This document shows, piece by piece, positions 38,945 through 50,330 of a stretch of DNA of 64,000 nucleotides. Source of the stretch: Chiloscyllium plagiosum (Eukaryota); the NCBI RefSeq assembly GCF_004010195.1, contig NC_057721.1:43967761-44031760 (forward strand), written 5' to 3'. Below the pieces are notes generated by a model. That model was given only the letters and a program-made list of their open reading frames with translations. It was not told the DNA's origin and did no database searches. A program made the translations under genes and the position numbers. How positions within the stretch are numbered: position 1 is the first letter of the stretch; every line of letters starts with the position of its first letter.

Positions 38945-39577
38945 GTCCTAGATGTAAAGAACAGAAACAGACCTTTTGGTCCAACTCGTCCATGCTGACC
39001 AGATATCCTAACCTAATCTAGTCCCATTTGCCAGCACTTGGCCCATGTCCCTCTAAACCCTTCCTTCCTATTCATAGGCCCATCCAGATGCCTTTTTAAA
39101 TGTTGCAATTGTACTAGTCTCCACCACTTCCTCTGTCAAAGCATTCCATCTGCGCACCACCCTCTTTGTGAAAACGTTGCCACCCTTCCTTCCTATTCCA
39201 TAGACCCATCCAGATGCCTTTTAAATGTTGCAATTGTACTAGTCTCCACCACTTCCTCTGCCAAAGCATTCCATGTGCGCACCACCCTCTTTGTGAAAAC
39301 GTTGCCCCTTAGGTCCCCTCGCCCTAAACCTATGCCCTCTAGTTCTGGACTCCCCCACCCTGGGGAAAAGACTTTGCCTATTTACTCTATCCATGTCCCT
39401 CTTGATTTTATAAACCTCCTATAAGATCACCCCTCAGCCTCCGATGCTCCAGGGAAAACAGCCCCAGCCTATTCAACCTCTCCCTATAGCTCGAATCCTC
39501 CAACCCTGGCAATGTCCTTATAAATCTTTTCTGAATCGTTTCAAGTTTCACAACATCCTTCTGATAGGAAGGAGACT
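38945..39577 (-). mobile_element. CR1 3' fragment with an internal 125-bp tandem duplication
   Basis: Homologous to 7674-8190; units at 39057-39181 and 39182-39306. Confidence 0.9.
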
Positions 39578-40645
39578 ATATAGTTGAGATTTCATAGAAA
39601 GTTGACTAGGCAATGTAGGGCACAGTGGGCAGTTCAAAATGTTGTTTGTTTTGGTGTAATAGAGGTGATTGGAGAGAATTGCAACTCCAAAGGAGGGAAA
39701 AATGGGAATCTGTTTATTAAAAATGTAGCTTGCTTAATGTTTGCTTTGCAATTTGATCTCATTGGCAAATGATTGGAAGGTTATCGACCAATATGACATG
39801 GATGATTTTAATGGTGGAGGATGCAGGTCAAATCTGTTATTTATTCTTGGGAATCCCCCCCAAAAAACTCCCCTACCAGCCTGGTTTAAATTTTATGTTT
39901 AGGTTAATATCTGTAATGCAGGGAAAATGTTATGTTTTTGCTAAGTAATCTAATGGATCCTTTCATTTTAAAGGAATGAATATTGAAAACCAGGCTTGGC
40001 CCTTTTTTCTATAATTTGCACAATCCTCTAAGGTATTTGTGGTCCTAAACACTGGCTGTTGGAACATTACTGATTTTAATTGGTCTATGATTCATGGCCA
40101 TGCCTTCAGTTGAATGTAAGCTCCAAATTCTAGAAGTCTCTCATCGCTCTGTCTCTACCTTGCTTTTCCCCTTCACGACCCTCCTTAAGCTGAGTAATGG
40201 AGGCGGGTTTTTGATTTAACTGACTTAATTTGCTGACATGGCTGAGTCATTTTGTTTTATAATACTCCTGTGAAATGCTTTGGGATTTTTATTACAATAA
40301 ACAAGTATTTTTCTTGACTGTGTGCTAGTTTTAATGCATCCTACTCTAGTGCAGTAGGGTATGGAAATATTTATTTACATTAAGCCTTTTCCCTGTACAA
40401 TTCACCCCATCCCCGCCTGGTAAAACTTTGAAACAAAGGTGATTTAAGCTACTGCTTTAGAGTGAGCTGCATGCAGTTGCACCTGTCGTATTTCTAAAGC
40501 AGCTTTCCTCTCAAATTTTCTAGAATGAAATTACATTTAAAGATCTTGTGTTCAAATCATCTTCTTCTACTTTTTTACTTTGGAATCGATAGGGTGCTGC
40601 AATGACATTTGGAATTTTTACAGAAAGCATTTTGGCTTTGATTTG

Positions 40646-40757
40646 ATAGTCATAGAGATGTACAGCACGGAAACAGACCCTTCGGTCCAACCCATCCATG
40701 CTGACCAGATATCCCAACCCAATCTAGTCTCACCTGCCAGCACCTGGCCCATATCCC
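40646..40757 (-). mobile_element. CR1 3' tail
   Basis: agtcatagagatgtacagcacggaaacagacccttcggtccaac. Confidence 0.9.
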
Positions 40758-41349
40758 ATCTTGCACAGGAGCAATTAAACTCCCCTATGTAATATTTGAG
40801 CCCTGTTAATTACTATAGTTGGTAAAGTTCATTTAATTTTTTTTGTAGCTTTCAGAATACACACATTTTATTTTGAAAGTGTTATTAAACTTTCTACTAA
40901 TGCAAAATGTCTCAAACCATATTTGTGCTTCATGTTTAGCAACTCCTTTAGTTAAGAATAACAGTGAAGTGAGTTGGCTTCATTACAACATTAACATGAC
41001 ATCACATGGCCTAGAACACTCCCTTATTGATGTACAAATGCTACAACAATTTGAGACAAAAGCTGTTGCAGAGTTGAACACTGAAATCCCAAAGTAGCTG
41101 TCTGAGGTGGGCTGATCTTCTATTTGTGTCATGAAAATAACAAAATTTTACTTAGCTCCCCACTGAAATGCAGTGAGCAGCATCTTCAGTTTGTGTCCAG
41201 ATCAAAAGTAATGACGGCCTCTCAAAGTTAGAATTGGTCTGAAGTGAAGTAGGAGCCTATTTTTGAGCATTTTAAATTTCCACAGCTACTTAGACATACC
41301 AAATTCGTTATCCATTTTTAAATACATCATGTGAAATATTAAGTACTTA

Positions 41350-43990
41350 CTTCATAAGATATAGGAACAGAATTAGACCGTCTGCTCTGCCATTCAATCA
41401 TGGTTGATATGTTCCTCGCCCTCGTTTTCCTGCCTTCTCCCCATAACCCTTCAACCCATTACCAATTAATTGTCTAACTCCTCCTCCTTAAATTTACTCA
41501 CTGTCCCAGCATCCATTGCACTTTGGAGTAGCAAATTGTTCAGATTCTCAACCCTTTCGGAGTACTTTCTCCTCAACTCTTTGGTACTTGCCAATGAAAC
41601 ACTAATGCCAAAAAAAGTTAGCAAATCTGTAGTTACACTCTTATGAGATTTTAAAACCCTATGTTGAAATAAAACTATTTTGTCCTTTTATCTTTAATCC
41701 AATATTTCCTTTTTTGTTTGTACTGTCACTGGCTTGACATTTTGAATTAATTTGACATGAGCCTCACTGACTGGGTCAGCATTAATTGCTCATCACTGGA
41801 ACAAACAAAGAACAACACAACACCGGACCGTGCCCTTCTGACCTCCAAGCCTGCACTGACACATTTTGCCCTTCCATATGAAAACTGTCTTCACTTACAG
41901 AATCTGTATCCCTCCATTTCCTTCCTATTCATGTATTTATCCAGGTGTTTCTTAAATGCTGCTATTGTGTCTGCTTCCACCACCTCTGGCAATGCGTTCC
42001 AGGAACTCACCACATTTTGAGAGAAAAACCCCTCTTTTCAGCTCTTGGACACAGACAGACAGACACCCTTCCCAAACAACACTAGAATCTGTGTCCCCTA
42101 GTAATTGGCCCATCCACCCTGGGCGAAAAGCCTCATACTTCCCCTCTATCCATGCCATTCATTATCTTTTTAAACTTCTATCAGGTCTCCCCTCATCCTC
42201 ATGTGTTCCAATGAAAACAAACCTACTCTACCCAGTGTTTTCTTCATAGTTAAGATCCCCCATAGCAGGCAACATCTTGGTAAACCTTTTCTATACCCTC
42301 TCCAAAGCATCCACATCTTTCTGGTAGTCTGGTGACCTGAACTGAACTGTGTGCAATATTCCATGTATGGCCTAACTAAAGTTCTATAAAGGTATGTTGA
42401 GTACAAGGATAAAGAAGTTATACTGCCCCTTCCAATGAAGGCAAGTATGCCATAGGCCTTTTTTTTTTTACTACCTTATCTATGTGCTTTGCCACCTTCA
42501 GTGATCTGTGGGCCTGCACACCCAGATCCCTCTGCAGTGAATGGCAGAACCCACTTCTTGGGGTTCTGCCATTCACTGTATACTTTCTACCTGTACTTGA
42601 CCTTCCAAAATACATCACCTCGCATTTATCTGGATTAAACTCCATCTGCGATGCAGAAGGATGCCAACAGTTTGGGTTCAGTTTCCACTGGCTGTGATTA
42701 TCACAAAGGACTCCTTCTCTGTCTTCCCCCTTCACCTGAAGTGTAGTAACCCTCCGGTTAAACTACCATCAATCATCACTGAGAGCAACCCTATAATCCT
42801 ATAGGACCATGGTGACTTCACCTTTACCTCAAAGTTCATTTGTCACCCATTTGCCCACTCTTCCAACTTCTGTTTTGTGAAGATTTTCACCTTCTGTCTT
42901 GAAGTTTATTATGCTTCCAAGTTTTGTATCCTCTGCAAATGTTGAAGTTGAAATTGAAGTTATACAAGGTCCTCTCTCTCTTCATTTTTTTTTTGTTTTC
43001 ATAAGCAAATACAGGTTGATTGGACTTCACACCTTCCTTCAAATAAAATGTTAATATTGCAATTTTCAGCTCCCTGGCACTACCATGATCCTAATGAAGA
43101 CTTCAAAATTATTGCTAGTGCCTGAGCAGTTTCCTTTCTCACTTCATTCAGCTCCTTTTTGAATGCATTTCATTTGCTCTGTGACTTGTCACCTTTAAGT
43201 ACAGGTGACCTATGCAATTCGCCGTTCTCATCAATTTGAAACCCTCTAGCATGTATTTCCTCCTCTGTCTCCCTTCTCAATAAAGAAGGGGTCACTGGAC
43301 TCTACACCAACTCTTTTTCTCACCCCAGATGCTGCCAGACCTGCTGAGTTTCTCCAGCATTCTGTCTGTTTGCCTCATTTAAGTCCCCCTTTTGATTACT
43401 ATTGGGTCCCCCTCCCCCTCTTTAGTATGTACAGGGCAACCTCAATTATCTGAACGACACAGGCAGGGAGTATTCTGTTTGGATAACACAGTTTACCCAG
43501 GCATCAGGACCTTGATCTTGTTTGGATTATTGATGTTTGGGTAACTGAGATTGCTCTGTATATGCCCAGAGAAGATACTTGCATTTCCTTTTGTTAGCTG
43601 CTATTCTCATTTGATCTACCCTATTTGCTTCGCTTCACTTGTCTTCCCTCTTCTCTGCCCTCTTTTCCACCCCCACTTCCCCCACACCACCACCTCCAGC
43701 ACGTAGCTTCTCAATTTTTATCTTATACCTGACATTGGCATAGGCATACTTTTAGTACTTCGTCACAAGTTCTATTCCCCTCTCAACCAGGCACCTTTGG
43801 ATATATTTGCCTGACCATCTGTGTCCATACTATCTGTCTTTTTATTTTGAAGGTGGCCCATTGATCAGCTACCATTTTTCTGGCTATGCTTGAACTCCAA
43901 ATTATTCAACCCAGAGCCATTTGTACCTTTTTCAAATTTGGCCTTCCTTCAATTGATTATTCTTCTGGATTGTTTATTAACCGCCTTCCT
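41350..43990 (-). mobile_element. Cluster of decayed CR1 fragments
   Basis: LYRTLVRPYMEYCTQF, GLFSLEHMRMRGDLIEV, QMEFNPDKCEVMYFG. A decayed PLE-terminus fragment lies at about 43283-43371. Confidence 0.75.
43432..43558. mobile_element. 127-bp Tigger/pogo-like MITE with TA TSD
   Basis: TA|CAGGGCAACCTCAATTATCTGAAC ... GTTTGGGTAACTGAGATTGCTCTG|TA; TIRs match at 18/24. Confidence 0.8.
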
Positions 43991-44113
43991 GATGTAAATT
44001 CTGGTGTTGTGAATGAGCTGTGTCTCTTGAGAAATTAAATCAATTTTGAATATATTCAAGGTTATAATGAAGCAATTCTAAACTAAATTTGGATGAATTG
44101 ACATTACTCCTAG

Positions 44114-44410
44114 ATGTCCTGTATGAAGTGGAATGGTTTGTGACCCAACAGTTCTCCAATGACACAAGCGAACGTCCTCTGCTGTTGATAGATCAAAGGT
44201 CAGTGGTGACGCATCTGAAAGCCAATAGTGATATCAGCGTTGAACGAATCAGCATGCACGAATTCCGTCTACGACTTCATTGTTCTGAGAAGACTGTTGC
44301 TGGGGATTATTTCTGCAAAGTCACACCTTGGGTAAAATCAGAGACTGGAACATGGCAGAAAATGCCTCCACAGCGTTCTGATTCTCTTTCTGTACGCATT
44401 GATATTTCAG
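44114..44410 (+). CDS. ptgfrn: PTGFRN coding exon 8 (C-terminal half of Ig domain 6)
   Basis: Acceptor ttactcctAG, donor G|GTTAGT; 297 nt. DVLYEVEWF...SDISVERISMHEFRLRLH...GDYFCKVTPWVKSETGTWQK. Confidence 0.94.
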
Positions 44411-45588
44411 GTTAGTTTCATTTCTCATTTCAGGAGATATCATTGAGCAAAACTTGTGTAATGTTCTTGGATGTGATCAGGGATGCTTTCCTTTTTTCAA
44501 AGGGATTTTTATTGTTTATTTAAAGTTCAGGGAAGCTGGGAGAAAGAGGGAATTTTATTTTTTCCAACACCAGTATTTATTAAGTTTGGTTTGTTCAAAA
44601 GATTTTTGAAGCAAACTGAATTATAATTCAATCTTCTGGCTTTCACTGGCTACTGGAACTGAGCTGTTTCATTCTGTAAGACATTCTGGGGAATTGTACA
44701 TCCTTTTGTAAATTGGAGAAAAGAAAATATTAGAGTCAAAAGTTTGCCAAGGAGGATGAATTTAAAAGCTAAAAGCCAAAATTTCTGTTCTAACTATTTA
44801 TTCTGTTCTTTCCTTTTTATTATGAGTACAATTGTTCTGCATGTGAATTAGATCCTCTTCTGAAATCCCAATAGCTCTCACTTTGAATGTGGAGGAAAGA
44901 ATTGACAGGCTATTCCTGTTGGCATCAGAGTCCATTTGGTTTTACCCAGTGTTCACAGATTGTTCACTCCTTTTTCAAGGTGAATGTTTGGACGGCACAT
45001 AGGAACAATATCCTGTTTTTTTAATTTCCTCTTTATTTCTCTCCTTCACTGGTCAAGCGCCATATTGGTACCAGACTGAGAATAACAAACTCAATGTTTA
45101 AGAGTCAGACCTGCACAGTCTGTTGTTTTAAACCAGGCAGTCTGTTTAAAGCTTAGATGATCAGGGAAGGTCTTGATTCACTTCCAAACACCGAGTGTTC
45201 TCCAAATCGGCCCTTGTGCCAGTGATGTTGAGCCCTAGGTCTCTAACTTAGCTTTTAATAATAGCTATTGAAGCCATGAAGTGTTGTTTAGAAATGAGCA
45301 AAAACACTGGTTAAGCACAAAATATCTACAGGTATTTTTGAATATCATCTGTGTTTTATACTGGCTGCAAAGTTAGCTCTGGCCAGAATGTAGTAACTGT
45401 GATTCACCATTTGGCACCTATGGGGAGAAATAATCTGGTCTCCATGCACAGTGGATTGTCCACGCTTGAAAATTGTGCGTGTTAGAGTGCACACTTGTAA
45501 AGGGACTGCCAGACTTTGCTCCAGTTAATGCAGATGTTGAAAAGCTGAGTGGTTTTCTGCCACAAACTTGTTCTGTTATTCCCCTTTT

Positions 45589-45831
45589 TGCCCCTCTGCC
45601 ATTTACAACTTCCTACAGTTGTGTGTCTCGGCCCAATGCCTCAGTGTTTATATCGAAATATCTCCTTTTTTTTTAATCCCCCTGTATCACCATCTATTTT
45701 GAGATGGTGTGCCCCTCTGCCATTTACAACTTCCTACAGTTGTGTGTCTCGGCCCAATGCCTCAGTGTTTATATCGAAATATCTCCTTTTTTTTTTAATC
45801 CCCCTGTATCACCATCTATTTTGAGATGGTG
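45589..45831. repeat. Near-perfect tandem duplication (121 + 122 bp)
   Basis: Units 45589-45709 and 45710-45831 differ only in a T9 versus T10 run. Confidence 0.97.
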
Positions 45832-46706
45832 ACATCCTGGAGGCCACTAAACAGTGTTTTCAGGAGAAGGTTTCTATGACAACACAGTAATTCCTCATCT
45901 CATCTTGTGAAAGTAAACATGTAATAAAAGCTAGTTTGATTGCGTGGCTTGTTCTCTTGCAGCTGTGACAATGATATTCTCCTTAGAAACAGAAGATGAA
46001 GTGCATAATTCACAATTACAACATATAACCACACAGATTTTGCTTGATAGTGTTTCTGAACAATCTTTATGGCCCAAGGGTGACACAAAATCTATGGGCT
46101 TTTACCATGAGCTAGCTTGTGTGACACTATATATCCATAGACCTATACTAATAGAATGCAGAGGGATGAGTCAACTGGTCTCCTTTTTAGTCATCACTAT
46201 TTTGTTATCAACATAGTTACACACAATCTTTCTAGTGCTAAAATGCTTTTTTTTTAGTCATTTATTAATATAATATACTATAGCCAGGTTCCAGTAATAG
46301 AATTGAACAAAGAAATTGGATAAGAATGAATGGAAAGATGTCAAGCAAAAGCCAGAAATGATTAAAATACAGATGTTTAATGAGAAATGTGATGTAAAGA
46401 CAGTATAGGGCATTCTGGGATAATGTGACCATTGCACTCCTCTGTAACCTTGTGCTATAGAAAGTCACTCTACCCATTCAGTAGAAAGTTTACATTATCC
46501 AAACAGAGCGTCCACAATTTGTCAATTGTGTTATAGTCAATTTGCATTGACAAAATGCGTGTTATACAAGAAGTACCTGTATTACAGCTCAAGGGAATGA
46601 TCAGGCATCTCGGAAGCAGACAATGGAGGTAGGACTCAAAGATTTGACAAAAGTGGTGCGAGAATACAATATTTGCATATTTCAGCAAGTAAGAGACCAA
46701 AGGATC

Positions 46707-46833
46707 ATGATTTGGAGATGCCGGTGTTGGACTGGGATTTACCAAGTTTAAAAATCCCAACACCAGGTTATAGTCCAACAGGTTTAATTGGAAGCAATAG
46801 GTTTTGGCGTGCTGCTCCTTCATCAGGTGGTTG
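46707..46833 (-). mobile_element. Penelope family 2 pLTR fragment with decayed hammerhead
   Basis: Homologous to 12378-12495. Reverse strand reads cac-CTGATGA-aggagcagcacgcc-AAAAcct. Confidence 0.85.
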
Positions 46834-46885
46834 ACAACTAATTACTGCCTTTGCTTTCTCTCATTCCCTCCCTGTTCTCCCTTAG

Positions 46886-47049
46886 TGCTAGATTCCTTCA
46901 AAATGCCTTTGATATATGGAATTGGTGTGGCCATATTAATTGGAATTCTCGCCTGTGCAATTGGTTACTGTTCATCTCGATACTGCTGTGGGGAGAGAAT
47001 AACACCAAGATACGAACAACACAGATTAATATCAATGGCCAGCGACTGA
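46886..47049 (+). CDS. ptgfrn: PTGFRN last coding exon (TM helix and cytoplasmic tail)
   Basis: Long pyrimidine tract and AG at 46884-5. VLDSFKMPLIYGIGVAILIGILACAIGYCSSRYCCGERITPRYEQHRLISMASD*. IGYCSS..CC and RLxSMxxD are PTGFRN-type motifs. Confidence 0.95.
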
Positions 47050-50000
47050 GACAACAATCTCTTGCAGGGGTGCAGGAGTGACCATTGGATGAACTAGTTA
47101 AGCTCTGCAATTTTGGGAGAAGAAAAGCAGATGTTAAGGAAGTGTTTTGTTTTAAGAATGTTAACATGTGCAATGATTGTAATTTCTTTTTAAAAGCCAT
47201 TTTCAGATATTCAAGTGGGGTACAAACACTCTGTGGGAATGTCACTGTGTGATTTTGTTAATTATTTGATAGCGGAGTGAGTGATATTGTGGAGATACTG
47301 CCAGTGTTCCTCAACATCTGCCCATCTCTATTGATAGAGAAGATCTAACTCGAGCTGCGTTTCCTTGGTTTCTGCTGGTCAGTTACCATTGCTGTGCTTT
47401 CAGATTATTGATCAATTTGGTATTGAACATTATTGTCTTGAATGGGAGTTCATAATGTGAATGCAGGTTCCAAATTAGTGAAATATTGAATCAAGCAGAC
47501 AGCCAAGCTTTACCAGTTTATTTTTTTTTAGAAAAGCCTGAAGCCAATAAAATAAACAATGTCAACACTATTCTGCAACAGTCCTTCATTCTGATGGAAG
47601 ACTGGCTTGAAACGGAGACCAGTGCCAGGGGCTAAAATGGGCTGCAGCACAAGTTTCCTTTGGGAGTGTTTTAAAGGGAGAGGCAGTAGTTCTGTTATTA
47701 TACAATGTATTTTCAAGACATCATTGAGAGAGAACAATTGTGCAATTGTTTATTGCTGTTTTTGAACATGCACAAGTTGGAAATTTACCCAAGTGGATAT
47801 TGATCTTGCCATGGCTAACTCCAGTAGAGTGCATTTCCGTCTAATCTTGATGTGAAAGATCTACATTGAGATCAGTATAGTTTGCTGTTTAAACTTATTG
47901 CAATTAATGCAGCTTTAAACAACCAGTCTAAGTTGTTGACTGCTGGTTTGACACTCATGCAGGTAGGTTGGGGAACTAGTTCAGTGTGGGATGATATCGT
48001 TCAATAAACCACATTCTATATTTGCTGCATATGACAACTTTTGTACTTTTTTTGCCTTTTTCAAAGAGAATTCAAATGCTGAAAAGACTTGTTTCTGATC
48101 AGATCCTGAGACATTGAATGTAGTGTATTTATCTGGGTAAAGCTAGTGCCGTGGAAGACCATTCCATCTCTAGTTAAGTGCTACTACCAACAGAACCTTC
48201 CAGATTTCCTTCAGTTTCGTGTGCTGAGCGGGAAATCAGTTCACAAACTGTACAGTGTTTCCCTACTGTATAACTCAGCTCAATTTGGTGCTCTGTGGTG
48301 GAAAATTGAAATTGAGTGGAGAGGCCGATTGCTGTATGTCTGTCCCTGTTAGCACCACTGAGGATTTTCCTGGGGTCTAGTTGGTCCTCCTTCACTTCAT
48401 GTTAATGATGGAAGTGAATGATGTCCAGGGAATGTACTCCATTTTATTGCATTCTGCCACTATTGATGCTGATTTTAATGACTCTGTTTAAGAGGGATCA
48501 CTGTTAATTCACTGGCAGCATTGCAAGGCCCATTGGAACTGCTCCAGGAAGGAGTAAACCCACTAAAAGAAGCCTCTCCTTCCTGTTAGGTCCATAATCT
48601 TGCTGACTGTAGTATTACTGGATCATCGTTCTCTCTGAGCAGTGGCTGGCTCCCCCTGTCTGGCAGGAACTTTGCTCTGCATCACTAAACAGCACAATCC
48701 CTCTGAGGTGAGAGTCCGGCCTTAACAGGCAATGATCCTACCTACCCTGAAGGAGAATCCAGACCTGACCTTTTTTCATGTTTGTTTGTGGAGCGGTATG
48801 CTGGCCACGCACTGTTGGCCTCTCTTGCAGATAAAAGCAGCATACTTGCTAATGGCCTGAATAGAAGGCAACTGTCAAGTATAAAATGGTTCTTCTAACA
48901 TCTCCACACTTTAAGAAGAGCATTAACTTATATTTGAAGTGTGCACAATGTTCTGCACAAGTAAGTGAACAAATAGTGCCAATATCATTTGGTGGAAATT
49001 ACTACTGTAACACAACAGATTCTTTTAAACTGTTTAATTGAGTGACCGAGAATTTATTATTAGTGTTTTCATATAGCATTTAAACTTTAACTTGAATCCA
49101 TAACTACTGCCTCATCTCTAGTTGTTCCCTTAATAGAATTGTTCTTTTAAACTCAAGGGAATTGTACCTTCCTTCCTAAAAGCTCATGAAAGTGTGTGTA
49201 TACTTGTGGAAGCAATGCTGTTACTGATGTTTTGTGTATTCAGATTTTTTGTTTTTACTTCAGATTTCCAAATTGTTACAACTTTTGTATTTTGTCAGTT
49301 ATCAAGATGAATAAATCAGCTGCTCTTCTTGAAACATACCACTTTTAGAATGAACCTCTGTGAAGAATTCTGAATGCACTAGAGCCAAGATCCAGGGCAG
49401 GTGTTTGAAACAGTTATATTTCCCTCCACTTTTTTTTATAAAATCTGAAACTGCAGTCATTTTTTAAGTGGTCTTTACATTACATTCTGTACAATGTCAG
49501 CAGCAAAGATGTCTTTATTTCTACCATCTTTCTTTTGAGGAGCAATATTCTAAGTGGATCTGTTTTCAAAATCGAGCTTACTTCAGAAAGAGATTGCATC
49601 TTCCAGGGTTGTGAATGTTGAGTGGATGGGAATGTGTTAATCCAGTTGAACCATCTCTACGTTCCATTTTTATTATTCTGCACTTCAGATGCCACTTAAT
49701 CTTTTGATTTGTTACATACCAAATAGTGGTAGGTAGTTGTGCTTAAATCTACTTAGAAACTTTATCATTGTCAAAGTATTGTGTACACTAGAGAGGTACA
49801 CAGCCACTATAAATCTAGCTGTTTCCAAAACAAAAATGATCCATGCTATGCCCACTCATGTACATGTTTCTGATTAAAAACTGCTTAATTTTAATCTTAA
49901 AATCACCTCCTTCCCCACCCCCATGCCTAGACTTTGCTGCGTGAATTTGTCGACAATTCCTGTGCAGCTTGGAAGTAGGTAGGATGTACACCATCACGTT

Positions 50001-50330
50001 CTAGTCTTCAATTACAAAAAAACATTAGTTTTCCTGTATTATTTCTCGAGCTATTCTTAGTCTTTAAAGGATCTGCCACATCATGGTACTAACCTGTTGA
50101 AAAACAATGTTAGTCTTCAAGATTTCCTACACGTCATTGCTTTTTTATTCACGTATGGGTTAACCAAAACTATCAGTAACTTCAAAATGGTTAAAGTAAA
50201 ATTCTTAAAACATGCAAATTCTTAGGTGCATTTCAAGTTTTCTTTGTTTGAATGTCTGTAAATTTTCAGCTGACTCTTACAGCTGTACTGTACATAAAAC
50301 CATGCAAATTAAAGTTTTCTCATGGTTCAT
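47050..50330 (+). other. ptgfrn: Putative ptgfrn 3'UTR (~3.3 kb)
   Basis: Follows the stop codon and contains no recognisable CR1, SINE or PLE copy. AATAAA occurs near 47546-47556, 48003 and 49310; ATTAAA at 50308-50313. The end point is inferred. Confidence 0.5.
50284..50313 (+). promoter_or_regulatory. Candidate distal poly(A) module: UGUA motifs / Pumilio element TGTACATA plus ATTAAA
   Basis: TGTA at 50284 and 50289, TGTACATA at 50289-50296, ATTAAA at 50308-50313, followed by GT/T-rich sequence. Confidence 0.5.

Noticed and set aside
43283-43371. Additional sense-strand hammerhead
   Set aside because: The PLE-type tail is recognisable, but both CTGA and GAAA of the core are lost.
23183-47049. 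Tandem V-type Ig exons as an IgNAR/TCR/Ig variable locus
   Set aside because: No recombination signal sequences seen. The exons splice into one EWI-family protein with a PTGFRN-type TM and tail.
23183-47049. Assignment to IGSF3, IGSF8 or CD101
   Set aside because: Six Ig domains and the GNTFEM and IGYCSS..CC motifs fit PTGFRN. IGSF8 has four Ig domains, CD101 seven and IGSF3 eight.
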